This document shows, in pieces, positions 1 through 13,403 of a stretch of DNA of 64,000 nt. Positions within the stretch are counted from its first letter, which is position 1. Each line of letters starts with the position of its first letter. Under the pieces are notes generated by a model, which saw nothing but the letters and a program-made list of their open reading frames with translations, was not told the origin of the DNA and ran no database searches. The position numbers were made by a program, and so were the translations under genes. The stretch lies in contig NC_068983.1 of assembly GCF_001194135.2 (NCBI RefSeq), positions 17,803,905 through 17,867,904 on the forward strand, read 5' to 3'. Origin of the DNA: Octopus bimaculoides (lineage: Eukaryota).

Positions 1-44
1 ACTTTTGTTATTTACACCACCTGTCCTCGTCTGTTGTTATTATA

Positions 45-234
45 TGTATATTCTCCTATATATACATACCATACATATATACATGTATGCGTGTATATAT
101 GTATATATGTGTATATATGTATATACATACATATATACATATATACATACATATATACATACCATACATATATATACATATGCGTGTATATATGTATATA
201 TCTATATCTGTATATATATATGTATGTCTATCTA

Positions 235-271
<37 letters not shown>

Positions 272-323
272 GCATATATATATATATATATATATAGATA
301 TATATATATATATATATATATAG
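45..323. repeat. Compound microsatellite (TA)n/(CATA)n/(TC)n
   Basis: Simple repeats visible directly; they generate the YI/LS-repeat ORFs in the track. Confidence 0.95.
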
Positions 324-600
324 ACGCAGGCATGATTGCGTTGTAAGGAGCTTGCTTGGCACCTTGGGCAAGTGTGTGTATTTGGTACACGGAAACTGAA
401 AGAAGCCCGTCATATATATCTATATCTAAGTGTGTGTATCTTTGCGTCTGTGTTGTCCCCCCCCCCATTGCTTGACAACCGATGTTGGTGTGTTTATATC
501 CCCGTAACTTAGCAGTTTGGCAACAGAGACCGAGAGAATAAATACTAGGCTTACAAAGAATAAGTTCTGAGGTCGATGTATTCAACTAAAACCCACTTAC
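324..600 (+). mobile_element. SINE family A (tRNA-derived), degenerate copy with deleted head
   Basis: Shares gcaccttgggcaagtg, ggaaactgaaagaagcccgtc, gcttgacaaccgatgttggtgtgttt and ggcttacaaagaataag with the copies at 8.5-9.0 kb and 51.0-51.4 kb. Confidence 0.8.
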
Positions 601-894
601 TCTTAGCGCGATCATTTCTCTGATTACCTTCCGGCCTAACGGTGAAACGCATACTTTACTGTATGTAACAGAAAGACACACACGTACTTTGAGTACGCAT
701 CGTTTCTTGTCTTGTTTCTTTAATCTCGATTTTTACTGTACTTCTTTCCTTTGATTTTTTACGACGCACTATTCTCTGTGTTTTTACTCTTGCTTGTTTA
801 CATTTAGTCCATCACTTTTCGAAGTTTTTTGTCTTTCTCTTGTTAACTCTCCCGTTGATCATATGTCCGATTTTTATTCCATTTGTGTTATTTC

Positions 895-939
<45 letters not shown>

Positions 940-1818
940 NNNNNNNNNNNNNNNNNNNNNNNNNNNNNNNNNNNNNNNNNNNNNNNNNNNNNNNNNNNNN
1001 NNNNNNNNNNNNNNNNNNNNNNNNNNNNNNNNNNNNNNNNNNNNNNNNNNNNNNNNNNNNNNNNNNNNNNNNNNNNNNNNNNNNNNNNNNNNNNNNNNNN
1101 NNNNNNNNNNNNNNNNNNNNNNNNNNNNNNNNNNNNNNNNNNNNNNNNNNNNNNNNNNNNNNNNNNNNNNNNNNNNNNNNNNNNNNNNNNNNNNNNNNNN
1201 NNNNNNNNNNNNNNNNNNNNNNNNNNNNNNNNNNNNNNNNNNNNNATAATAATAAAGAAGTTACGACGCAAAAACGGATAAATTCAAAAGAACATATTTA
1301 TCTTCTTCAATATATATTTCAGTATAAAGAATTCATTAAGATGCTTAAATCAAAATTTCTTTACACATCATTCAGGAACAGATATAACATCAGAAAAAAA
1401 TACATTCCGTTTAAAAACACAAACCGTTCATGGCGAAAAAATTTCACATATATACGAATCCAAATTTACTAAGTACAGAAGATTAATATTTAACGAGAAA
1501 GAGAGAAATTAATGTATAATAAATAAATGCGAACGAAATGTTTTTCTTCGTATTCAGCTGTGACTTCTTCAGACAAAGACTTAAGTGAAAATGGTGACTA
1601 GAAAATAGAATTAAATCAATATTTGTTTCTAGCTGGAATGTTTTCAGTCTAAAGATGTTAACACTAAGTAGAACCAGAACTGATAATAACGAAATTCTAT
1701 TATTTTTCAAGAAGTGATGAAAAGAAAATATAACCAAACAGTCAAACATATAAACAGTTACACACATACGTAGGTGCATGTCATGATATATATCTATATC
1801 TCTTTCTCTCTCACTCTC

Positions 1819-1923
<105 letters not shown>

Positions 1924-2274
1924 ACACATAGGCTTGAGTGTGTGTATAATTATATGAAAATGTGTACATATGTTCATGAATGTAAAAGTAATATTCACTT
2001 GAATTAGGTACTTAAATTGAGTCAACTCGTTAGGTCGAAATAATACGCACACACACACAACAATATAATGTAAATATCAAACTTGGTGCATAAGGACCCG
2101 CCGAATGATATTCTTGTAGTGTATGTAGACAATTAGACCCGGCTGAATGAAGAAATCCGCTCTTGAGTTATTCAGACATTATATTAAGAACACAGTCCAC
2201 AATATTTACGAAGGGCAGATTCCGAGACAGGTGAATCAAATATAAATGCGTAACAGTAGAGGTACAGATGTCAA

Positions 2275-2557
2275 TCCATTACGGCTCTTTCTGAAGTCTC
2301 CTTTAAATGATTAATGAAAACATTACATCATTGTAAAGAGACCGTAAGGAACCATTTCAGTTGACAGATTCTGTCGACTGAAAAGGCAGCAGAATCACGG
2401 GGAATGTTTAGCTTCGTGGATTTTATACTATGTTAAATCATTTTGAATGTCTTCTACTTCGAATTTCATGAAGTCGCCTGACTAAAACGGCTTCTTTACA
2501 ATGATGCAACGTTTTCATTAACTAATTAAAGGAATCGTTAAAAACGGCCGTAATGGG
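2275..2557. mobile_element. piggyBac-type MITE with ~71-bp imperfect TIRs
   Basis: Arms 2275-2345 and 2487-2557 align as ungapped reverse complements (about 15 mismatches by eye). Right end is GGG|TTAA; left end is TCAA|TCC (a decayed TTAA|CCC). Confidence 0.7.
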
Positions 2558-3071
2558 TTAACACTTGTATCTCTACTGTTACATATTAGATCGNNNNNNN
2601 NNNNNNNNNNNNNNNNNNNNNNNNNNNNNNNNNNNNNNNNNNNNNNNNNNNNNNNNNNNNNNNNNNNNNNNNNNNNNNNNNNNNNNNNNNNNNNNNNNNN
2701 NNNNNNNNNNNNNNNNNNNNNNNNNNNNNNNNNNNNNNNNNNNNNNNNNNNNNNNNNNNNNNNNNNNNNNNNNNNNNNNNNNNNNNNNNNNNNNNNNNNN
2801 NNNNNNNNNNNNNNNNNNNNNNNNNNNNNNNNNNNNNNNNNNNNNNNNNNNNNNNNNNNNNNNNNNNNNNNNNNNNNNNNNNNNNNNNNNNNNNNNNNNN
2901 NNNNNNNNNNNNNNNNNNNNNNNNNNNNNNNNNNNNNNNNNNNNNNNNNNNNNNNNNNNNNNNNNNNNNNNNNNNNNNNNNNNNNNNNNNNNNNNNNNNN
3001 NNNNNNNNNNNNNNNNNNNNNNNNNNNNNNNNNNNNNNNNNNNNNNNNNNNNNNNNNNNNNNNNNNNNNNN

Positions 3072-3112
<41 letters not shown>

Positions 3113-3430
3113 AATTTGCAGAAAAACAAACGAGGACAAAGAAACGAAGACAGGTGTATGAAAAGAAGCAGGAGTATTAGTTTGAGGATCGGGAAAGTGA
3201 GAAAATATGTTACGTTTCGAGTCCACGCTTTTCCACAGAAAGGAATAAGAGAAAAGAAACTGAGAAAGAATTTTTTAAAAAATGTGGATTTAGCGACCAG
3301 GCATGACGGCTCATATATATGCATATATATATGTAGCAAACTAAGAACAGCCGGTGAACAAGCCAAAAAAAACAACAACAAAAAGACAAAAAAAAAAACA
3401 TATATACAGTCCCTGTGGCTATTTCAGGGA

Positions 3431-3562
3431 TTCATCAACGTAATCAAAGCACTAGGGTGCATTACGGTAAGAAATCTCGTATTGGTATGTGGTGTTACTA
3501 TTTTCCCCTGACGAAGGAGTCATTACCGTAATGCCCCCTCATGCTTTGACTACGTTGATGAA
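3431..3562. other. Long imperfect hairpin, 40-bp arms
   Basis: 3431-3470 versus the reverse complement of 3523-3562 match at 36/40; the 52-nt loop contains CTGACGA at 3508-3514. Confidence 0.85.
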
Positions 3563-4026
3563 CCCCCTCAAATGTTTTTTTTGCTTGTACACCGGCTTTT
3601 TTTAAATGGTTTTCTTTTACTTTAAAAAGTAATTTTTAATCGTAAAATATTCTTAATCGATGAACTTTTATCTATACCTTAAGTATTTATATGTTTCTTA
3701 TATATACGTATTTTTATATTTATATATTTATATATTTATATTTTTATATATTTGTTATTTTAGGTTTTATAATGTAAAAACATTTTTTAGACGCTGAATT
3801 ATTAATTTAAAAATTTTTTATATTGCGATAGACTGTACTCACTTTTTTCTATATACTTGTCTAAATGAAATATTGTTTCAACTTCTGTGATTTTGTGCAT
3901 CCGTATTCTATGTATAAGAAAAAGCATTATGTTTCTTTACACGTGATTAAATGTTCGAGATGTGATATATTAGTTGGATGACCTTAAATTTGTTGTTTGT
4001 TCTACAACCAAATGGTTTCAACGTGA

Positions 4027-4071
<45 letters not shown>

Positions 4072-4180
4072 GAGACTTATATATCCACAGACGTGCACAT
4101 TTAACAATTTAAAGAATTTAAAGCAAAACTCAGTGGATTGCAATATGAAATGGTTCATTATTAAATACCTTATACCATAC

Positions 4181-4495
4181 AGAGCGTGGCTTAGTCGTTA
4201 GGACATTTGACTCACGATCGTAAGGTCGTGAGTTCAATTCCTGGCGACGCATTGTTGTGTCCTTGAACAAGACACTTTATTTCACGTTGCACCAGTCCAC
4301 TCAGCTGGCAAAAATGAGGAGCACCTGTATTTCAAAGGGCCAGCGTTGTCACTTTCAGTGTCACGTTGAATCTCTCTGAGAACTATGTTACGGGTACACG
4401 TATCTGTGGAGTGCTCAGCCACTTGCACGTTAATTTCACGAGCAGGTTGTTCCGCTGATCGTATCAGCTGGGACCCTCGTCGTCGTAACCGTAAA
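4181..4495 (+). mobile_element. tRNA-derived SINE (family D) with Meta/MESC-like core
   Basis: A-box-like tggcttagtcgtt and B-box gagttcaattcc, followed by gtgtccttgaacaagacactt, which resembles the central domain of invertebrate SINE superfamilies. Confidence 0.7.
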
Positions 4496-5088
4496 GTTCT
4501 CCCTCCCACTCTCTTCAAACTATACAACAGATTTGGTAACAAAGGTGCGATCTGAATTACCGAAATGATAATAACTATGGTTATACGATGTAATAAATAC
4601 GTTAATAAAAATAGCGATCTGATAATGAATTGTCAGCATGAATTATGCAATACATTCTTAAGCTATAAAAATTAACTTCCCTATTATAACTGTCCAACCC
4701 TTCAGTCCAACTGACATTCTCCTAACCCTCACGTAATATCTCTCACTTTCTATCCTTTAGGACCCCTCTTTTAACCCTGTATCATTTCGTCGTACCTTTT
4801 TGGTTTTTTTTACATATTTGTTTATTCAGCCATTTTCTAAATCTTTTTATATTTCTTCCCATTATATTTTATTTTTATTTCATTATTAGCATATTTTGAC
4901 AAACACACCACAGTCTTCGAAGTAATATACATCTACTTCTATATTTTCTTATGCCTGTACACATGCTCTCGCAACATCTTAGAAGTAATATACATGTAGC
5001 ATTACATATATGTGTGTATACGTATGTATGTATGTATGGTTGTATTTGTACGGATGAGTATATTTGTGTGTTTATATATGCGTGTGCA

Positions 5089-5176
<88 letters not shown>

Positions 5177-5290
5177 GTGCAGGTATTTGAGTATAAGTGG
5201 GTGCGGGTGTCTTTATGCATATATATATATATATATGAATTTCATTTGAAACAAAAATTCAATGTTGTTCGCAATTTTCATACATTCAAA

Positions 5291-5336
5291 GGTGGCGACC
5301 TGGTAGAAACGTTAACACGCCGGGCGAAATGCTTAG
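5291..5336 (+). mobile_element. SINE family B head, cut by an assembly gap
   Basis: ggtggcgacctggtagaaacgttaacacgccgggcgaaatgcttag matches the heads at 13174, 13404 and 27536. Confidence 0.75.
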
Positions 5337-6099
5337 NNNNNNNNNNNNNNNNNNNNNNNNNNNNNNNNNNNNNNNNNNNNNNNNNNNNNNNNNNNNNNNN
5401 NNNNNNNNNNNNNNNNNNNNNNNNNNNNNNNNNNNNNNNNNNNNNNNNNNNNNNNNNNNNNNNNNNNNNNNNNNNNNNNNNNNNNNNNNNNNNNNNNNNN
5501 NNNNNNNNNNNNNNNNNNNNNNNNNNNNNNNNNNNNNNNNNNNNNNNNNNNNNNNNNNNNNNNNNNNNNNNNNNNNNNNNNNNNNNNNNNNNNNNNNNNN
5601 NNNNNNNNNNNNNNNNNNNNNNNNNNNNNNNNNNNNNNNNNNNNNNNNNNNNNNNNNNNNNNNNNNNNNNNNNNNNNNNNNNNNNNNNNNNNNNNNNNNN
5701 NNNNNNNNNNNNNNNNNNNNNNNNNNNNNNNNNNNNNNNNNNNNNNNNNNNNNNNNNNNNNNNNNNNNNNNNNNNNNNNNNNNNNNNNNNNNNNNNNNNN
5801 NNNNNNNNNNNNNNNNNNNNNNNNNNNNNNNNNNNNNNNNNNNNNNNNNNNNNNNNNNNNNNNNNNNNNNNNNNNNNNNNNNNNNNNNNNNNNNNNNNNN
5901 NNNNNNNNNNNNNNNNNNNNNNNNNNNNNNNNNNNNNNNNNNNNNNNNNNNNNNNNNNNNNNNNNNNNNNNNNNNNNNNNNNNNNNNNNNNNNNNNNNNN
6001 NNNNNNNNNNNNNNNNNNNNNNNNNNNNNNNNNNNNNNNNNNNNNNNNNNNNNNNNNNNNNNNNNNNNNNNNNNNNNNNNNNNNNNNNNNNNNNNNNNN

Positions 6100-6159
<60 letters not shown>

Positions 6160-7871
6160 TGTATATCTACTTATACATCTATATGTGTGTATGTATGCGT
6201 ATGTATAGCTATCTAATTATGCCATATGTATGTACGCGAGGACGTGTGTATGTGTGTTTTTGTATGTGTGTCACTGTTATCGAGTGTTTCTGTGTACTTC
6301 TGTGATTGCGTAATGGCTGTTAGTTTCATTAAAATATGGTTGAATTGAAAGTTATAAATTTCAATCATTTATATGATCGTAAAGATAAAGCTATTCCTCT
6401 ATGTCTCCTGATCGTCCTTGATTCTTCTCTTCTCTTTTCCTGTCTCCTTATACAATTCTGCTCCTCGGCTCTCTTAATACGTAATATTTCTATGGTAACA
6501 ACCATTTCAGACTTTACTTTACTGACGTGTCTGTCGGAATGTACTTGCTTGAATTATGCTGTTGCAATTAAAATCTTTTAACAGAATGATGTACGCTTTC
6601 GGATGCAATATGAGGCACCAAACGCACGTTGTAATCAACTTAACTGCGTATTACTCGAGACGCAAATACCCATCAAAGGGGAAAATTCCTTATTTACTTC
6701 GTGAAAGAAAATATGGAAATAAATAAATATTAATTTCATACAAACATTTCGTAGTTTTCTTAGATATTAGTGAATGTAAGTAACGTTAAAGTTATGGATT
6801 AACTGCTTTGTTGTAACAAACATGCCACTTAAAATACAATTTTGTCTTATATGCAAAAGCGTTTTTTCAATTAACTGTAAAAGGAAAACTGTGTTTTTAA
6901 CCTTATGAAGTGTACTGATAGGAAAAACTTGAAGATTGATGTATATATATATATATATNNNNNNNNNNNNNNNNNNNNNNNNNNNNNNNNNNNNNNNNNN
7001 NNNNNNNNNNNNNNNNNNNNNNNNNNNNNNNNNNNNNNNNNNNNNNNNNNNNNNNNNNNNNNNNNNNNNNNNNNNNNNNNNNNNNNNNNNNNNNNNNNNN
7101 NNNNNNNNNNNNNNNNNNNNNNNNNNNNNNNNNNNNNNNNNNNNNNNNNNNNNNNNNNNNNNNNNNNNNNNNNNNNNNNNNNNNNNNNNNNNNNNNNNNN
7201 NNNNNNNNNNNNNNNNNNNNNNNNNNNNNNNNNNNNNNNNNNNNNNNNNNNNNNNNNNNNNNNNNNNNNNNNNNNNNNNNNNNNNNNNNNNNNNNNNNNN
7301 NNNNNNNNNNNNNNNNNNNNNNNNNNNNNNNNNNNNNNNNNNNNNNNNNNNNTATATATATATATATATATATATTAGAAGAAATTTGAAACACTTAGCA
7401 GTCTACTTGGAAGTAAATATTCTAATAATTATGGATGATAGTGTAAAGTTAAATAGCTGAAACTACATCTCAAAACCGAGTCGCGAATTCCGCTTTTCTG
7501 TTGCCTTTATCAACTTTCAGACCAATATCTGTGACATAGAACAAATTACTATAAAATGTTCAACATATGAAGCTTTATGTGTAAGATAAATTGAATTACC
7601 TTCAGCTAGAAATCAAAGCTAGGTGTTACAGAAGCGTTTCCGATAATGTTTCTCTGTTGCACATGCCCCACAATATCGGTAATACAAATATACAACGGAA
7701 AAGTCACTGATATTAACCTATTCTCTTTACAGAAAAATTGGCAACAATAAAGGTTTTATTTAGTTTGACAAAATATAAAAGTTAATGATATTGTAGGTGC
7801 CAGAAGTCTTCAACAGATAAATTGCTATCACCAACCTACTTTTAGCTTGGTTTTAAGGTAACATAACAAAT

Positions 7872-8050
7872 GCAGGCATGCGAGCTTTTTAACCTCACAA
7901 ATTGAGGTTAACAAGCTTGTTTCGCAACAACATGGTTTCAGGTTCAGTCCTATTTTGTAGCAGCTTTAGCATGTGTCTTCTAAAGCCTAGGACCGGCTAA
8001 TGATTTTGGAATTGATTTGAAGGACGGAGACTATGCGGAAGCCCGTAATT
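7872..8050 (+). mobile_element. SINE family A, old degenerate copy
   Basis: caacatggtttcaggttcagtcc...tgtgtcttct...ggaagcccgt resembles the family A head and body. Confidence 0.55.
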
Positions 8051-8978
8051 CTTATATATATATATATATGTGCATTTTTGCCTCTTCGTGTTTATGTTTG
8101 TCTTTTACTGCTTGAAATCCGATTTTCGGTAGTGAAAATCCCCGTATGTTAGCAAAGAGTCAGGCAAAAAAAAAAAAAAAGGTACCGATAGAATAAGAAC
8201 GACATTTAAATAAGTAATGTATGTTTGTATATCCACGGGCGTAGATTCTTTTTGGCTGGGATTCCAGCGTGGTCGCCGTCCAACAAGCGAAACAAGTGAA
8301 AGAACAAAATTGCATAGCAACGCCATTTTGCATTGAGCATAATAGTTGTGTGAGCGATCACATAATATTGTGAAGAAAAACTTTTCAATTTGAAAAACAG
8401 CTCAGCGGGAATTATACCAATTAAAATTTCGGAGTTATTGCCTTGATCAAATTCGATTACCTTTAGTCGTGCGTACTTTTTTCTTTCTCGATTCGACTTA
8501 AGTTTTTGATGTCCTATCAAATCTATATATTGTCTTCTTATGTTTTTTTATTTGTTTCAGTCATTTGACTGCGGCCATGCTGCAGCACCACCTATAGTCG
8601 AACAAATCGACCCCGGGACTTATTCTTTGTAAGCTTAGTACTTATTTTACCGACCTCTTTTGCCGAAGCGCTAAGTTACGGGGACGCAAACACACCAACA
8701 TCGGTTGTCAAGCGATGGTGGGGGACAAACAAAGACACACAAATGCATACAATATACACACACACATATACACATATATGTATATATATATACATACATA
8801 CATACATGCATACATATATATATATATATANNNNNNNNNNAGGCTTCTTTCAGTTTCCGTCAACCAATTCCACTTACAACACTTTCGTCGGCCCGAAGCT
8901 ATAGAAGAAGACACTTGCCCGAGGTACCACGCAGTGGGATCGAACCCCGAACCATGTGGTTAGGAAGCAAGCTTCTTT

Positions 8979-10477
8979 ATTTCATTCTTTTAAATTGCCA
9001 TAAAGGCATTACATAGGGGGTGGGGACACTACAACACATGTGGGACATATAATAATTAAAATAAAAATATGATTGCTATGAATGACATGAAAATGAACAT
9101 GAAAAACATTAAAATCAAAATATTAAAATAATGATACATGCATGATAACTGAGAAATGAGAATATGAAAAGTGTGTTACTCACCCCACACTGAGTAACAC
9201 CACTCGTCAGCTCTGAGTCCTGAGTCCTCTTTAGTTCTTGATCTAGTCTTTCGTTTACCGTTTTCCCCATCGCTGAGTGACAGCACTCTCTCCTCCATGT
9301 ACACGTAACCTTTTCATCAAGGGAGGGGGTCTTGTGAACTTTGTGGTGTCTGTTCTTTCTTCTTTTTTACCTGTGGGGAGAGGGGATGGGTGGGTTTGGT
9401 GTCTGCATGGGGAGAGTGGGGTCTGAGTGGTCTTGGGTGGGATGGAGTTGGTCTGGGGTCCCACATCACACTGACTGTTCTTCCTTTTCTTTCTTTTTCC
9501 TCTGTCACTGTCCATTCATCCTCCTTGTTCCTTCCAACTATCTGTATTTCTTCCTTTTTCTCCTCCATCTCCACCATCGCTTCTACTGTTGTTTTCCTCT
9601 GCAGAAGGCAGTGGGCTCTAATGTGCCCCTTTTGGCCACATTTAAAACATTGTGGGATTCTGCCTTCCACCCACACTCTTAACACGATCTCCCCCAACGT
9701 CACTGTCTCCGCCATACTCTCCAATTGTTCTCCTCTGCTTGTATAATGAGGTCCAGTGTTTTTCCTCTCCATCCTCCGGCCTCCGTTTCCGTGGCTTGGA
9801 GGGCAGCCACTACCTCCTCACTTTCAACGAGGACGGCTACCGCAACCCAATTAACTTCTATATCGGGTGGAATTCCTTCTACCCTCACCTTAGAAGTCTT
9901 CCTTTCAAGGTACGTGGGTAGAAGTACCATTTCCTCCGCTTTTACGGTTGCACTCGGCAGCCTCTTTGCCTCCTCTGCTGTCCTAAACTGGACAACCATC
10001 GTCCCATATCCATTTCCTTTCGCTATGTATGTCACTTCATTCGAAAGTCCCCTCAATGCTTTTTCTACTTTTTCCATCTCAATCCGCTCCACCTTCCTAC
10101 TCTCCACTGAGTACATCTTGTAGATAAGGGTCTTCTTTTCCATATTTTCCATAACCCTTTTCGGGGGTAGTAACTTTACGTCACCGCCCACCTTCTGTGT
10201 CATCTTACACAGCTCCTTCAGTCCGGCTAGGTCCACCTCCCTTTTCTTCACCTTTGCAGCCTCAGCAAAACACTTTACTCTTTCCAAATGCTCGTCCATT
10301 CTATTTACCGTCTTAACGAGCTCCTCTTCCGCCGAGGATAGCCCATACTCGCTCAGGTCTGAATACATTTTTTTCTATCGGTATAACACTCACTTATAAA
10401 CCGCTGCCACGTAGCACAAAAAATCCCGTCCGACTCGTCAAAAATCAACACAGCGAATAGACCGACGCATGCGCGGA
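8979..10477 (-). mobile_element. ORF1-only non-LTR (Tx1/L1-like) retroelement with 14-bp TSD
   Basis: aagcaagcttcttt is duplicated at 8965-8978 and 10478-10491. The element has a short 5' UTR, one gag-like ORF1 and a 3' UTR ending in aatgaaataaa. No EN/RT is visible. Confidence 0.8.
9317..10368 (-). pseudogene. ORF1 protein with CCHC zinc knuckle, one frameshift near 9725
   Basis: ORF 10368-9700 joins frame 9772-9317 through a 1-bp slip. It contains CFKCGQKGHIRAHC (CX2CX4HX4C) and is homologous to the ORF1 at 31600-32611. Confidence 0.75.
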
Positions 10478-11289
10478 AAGCAAGCTTCTTTCCATACAGT
10501 CACTCATGCGCCTAATTTAACTGGAGAACGTGAACTTTTTGCACTAGTATCCTGCTATCAAGTTTCTCCCAAGTGATTTTCATTCGGCAGTTTTATAATA
10601 AGCGTGAAGAATTTTTCACTGGTTGTGTTATATATTTTCGAAGTGGCCTTTAGACAATACTCTGTTCGTACTTAGGTTATTCATGCTGTATCGCGATTGT
10701 GTTCTTTGACTACATTCCAGATCACCCGTTAGGATGACTTTAGGTCTTCCTGGGAAGGAGCATTTACTACCTTGATGGTATCATATTTCATACTGCGATA
10801 GACAGCTTGTGGGTTTTGAACAAACTTACAGTTTATCATTTTTCGTTCATACGATTTCTTTTACCGTAACGAAGTTATTCACGCACCGCACGTAAATCGA
10901 TACCTGACGCGTGGTACACCATGCACCTGTTCAGGTGATGTCGGTTTGATCATCTGTACAAGTTGTTCTGCAAGAAATTGCAGAACTGTTTTTCTCGGTC
11001 TACGAGAGACTACCATCAACATAGCTATGTGTGTGTACGTGTATGTACGCGTTTAATTTTTACGAAGAAAAGCTTTATAGTGCCTTTCTGACTGAAATTT
11101 TCTCAGTTGCTTTTGTCAGACAGTCTGAAGTAGATAACCGTGCCGAAAGTTTGAATTTCCAGTCAGTTTTTTTCCTTCAAAAATTGAAATAAGTGTGAAG
11201 CAAATCAGATTCATATATATTAACATTGTGATACCTTTCATGTTATTTTCATTGCGATTCGGCAGCAGTTCGCGTTACACTGAATATTC

Positions 11290-11520
11290 TTATTTGTTTA
11301 CGTATACTCCTGCTCATTACATTTTGAGTTCAAATTCTACCGGTGTCGTTTTTGTCTATCTTCTTAACCTTCTGAGTTCAAATTCTGCCGGAATCGACTT
11401 CGCATTTCATCTTTACGGGGTTGATAAAACAAGTACCAGTTGAACACTGGAGTCAATGTAATCGACTAAACCTCCCCCCCCCCCAATTGCTGGCCTTTTG
11501 CCAACAACTGAAAGTAATGG
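11290..11520 (+). mobile_element. SINE family B (Deu/Nin-like core), with a short internal duplication
   Basis: ttgagttcaaattct occurs twice, then tcgactttcgcatttcatctttacggggttgataaaacaagtaccag...gatgtaatcgact-like core. Confidence 0.75.
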
Positions 11521-12536
11521 AAATCAATATTTATTAAATTATTAATTTATTTATTCACTGGTCCGACAACCTTCAACGATAAGATTTTTCACCAATGTAA
11601 TACAGGTAGGTATTTGGAACTGACACATTCAACTGATATTTTGAAAACGTGCTTGTTTCACCCATGAAAGCATGTTCTGCATTATATCTCCGATGAAACA
11701 TTTCCTCCATCAGAACACATTAGAGCATGTAACGAAGAATATAGTAAATATATTGCCTGTTTTGGATTACGGAATAAATAATATGAGTATTGATATATCA
11801 AATTGTCATATTAGATTTCATCATCTGAAACTCAGAAAAGAAGCTAATTTTTAGCTTGGGAATTTTACAAACATTTTTTTATGGAAGTGAAATGTGAACC
11901 TTTATAGGGAAGATTACAAATATTGTTACAAAACCAATAGCAGGCCTCCTAGTAATACATTTAGCTAAAACCTAAAGATAATAATAACGTTTATGACACT
12001 TTCTTAGCATGTAGGTAAACAATAATAGCGTAATTTTATACATCATTTTTATTTAAAAGCATCAAATATTGTTTACTCTCTTCGATGTCATTGTATATTA
12101 GGCCGCCTGTAGTAAAACCGGTTTAACGCAATCTATAAATGTGTGCTGTGTATTTTAGGAATGTATAAAAATATATATGTTCATGTGCTTTTAAATACAA
12201 ATACTAGACGAACGTACACACATTCAAATTCGAAATAGAAAAACATGTATTAAATCGAACATTTCTACACGTACATAAAGGTTATGTTTTTAGCTAAGAT
12301 GTTGCATTAAGGCCAGAAATACATGAACAACAATATTTCACGGTAAACATAAAGATTAAATGTATTTCTTATGAAACATCCGAACAGGAATCTCGCAGTC
12401 TTACATTGGTCATTCAGAAAAATATGTTTTCACTTGGAAATGTCACACGCTCGCTCCTTCATAATTTTCATTTTTTTATTTTGTAGCTGATTTCATTTAA
12501 ATGTGCGTATGTATGGGTAAGTACTTACATACAAAG

Positions 12537-12587
<51 letters not shown>

Positions 12588-13122
12588 AGTATATGTGTCG
12601 AAGAGGAGAAATCTATCTCTTGCAAAGTAGGTTTCGATTCTCGTTAGGAAGAATCCATCCAAGCCTGTGACAAAAAGAAATGGGTGAGGCCATTCCAGAA
12701 TACACACTAGTCTAGAATGATCTGGTATCACAATAAAAATAAATAAGGAAGATCAGTTGCTTCCCTGTTTAGCGTATTTACAGATGAAGCAGCCTCAAAA
12801 TGTAGGTTTGTCATTGCATAACTTGTTCAGATAACTTCTAACAGAAGTTTTAATGAATACTATAAATATCTGAAATCATGTTCTAGAGCGTATTCTCAGG
12901 GTGTAGGTGGATTCTTAATAAGCGCTCACACACATATATTCTGTTCAATTATTTCTATTTTCCCATTCATATATTATTCTAAATCGATCATATAATTTAT
13001 GAGGTCTTTGATCTTTTCCCTTTGAATGTAAATTGTTTGTTTCACCAACACGCATCCGTAAATCACATTTGAACGTCTCCTGCTGCCGTATGTATGAGAT
13101 ATATATGAAAATGCACTTAATA

Positions 13123-13159
<37 letters not shown>

Positions 13160-13173
13160 GTTATTGACCCTTA

Positions 13174-13385
13174 AGTGGCGAGCTGGCAGAATCGTTAGCA
13201 CGAGGGGCGAAATGCTTAGCAGTGTTCGCATGTAGCTATCTTCTGAGTTCAAGTTCCCCCGGGTTGACTTTGCCTTTCGTCTTTTCGTGGTCGATAAGTT
13301 GAGTACCAGTAAAACACTGGGGTCGATGTAATCGACTCATCCCCTCCCCCAAAATGGCTGCCTTTGTGGCAAAATTTGAAGCCAT
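13174..13385 (+). mobile_element. SINE family B, first of a tandem pair
   Basis: gagctggcagaatcgttagc head, gagttcaag B-box, gactttgcctttcgtc core. Confidence 0.85.
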
Positions 13386-13403
13386 AATTATTATTGACCC
13401 CTA

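Larger units (their letters stand above)
8545..10512 (-). mobile_element. SINE family A, interrupted by a 1.5-kb insertion in its tRNA head
   Basis: Body at 8545-8978 and remaining 5' head at 10478-10512. Collinear with the uninterrupted copy at 51018-51438. Confidence 0.85.

Noticed and set aside
4181-4260. tRNA genes at SINE heads (also 13404, 27536, 51400)
   Set aside because: A and B boxes are present, but they continue into SINE cores with no complete cloverleaf.
9173-9210. Perfect 10-bp hairpin (gtgttactca/tgagtaacac) next to CTGACGA on the minus strand, as a hammerhead
   Set aside because: No GAAA follows the stem on that strand (TTTTC instead), so the core cannot form. It may still be a 3' UTR recognition stem.
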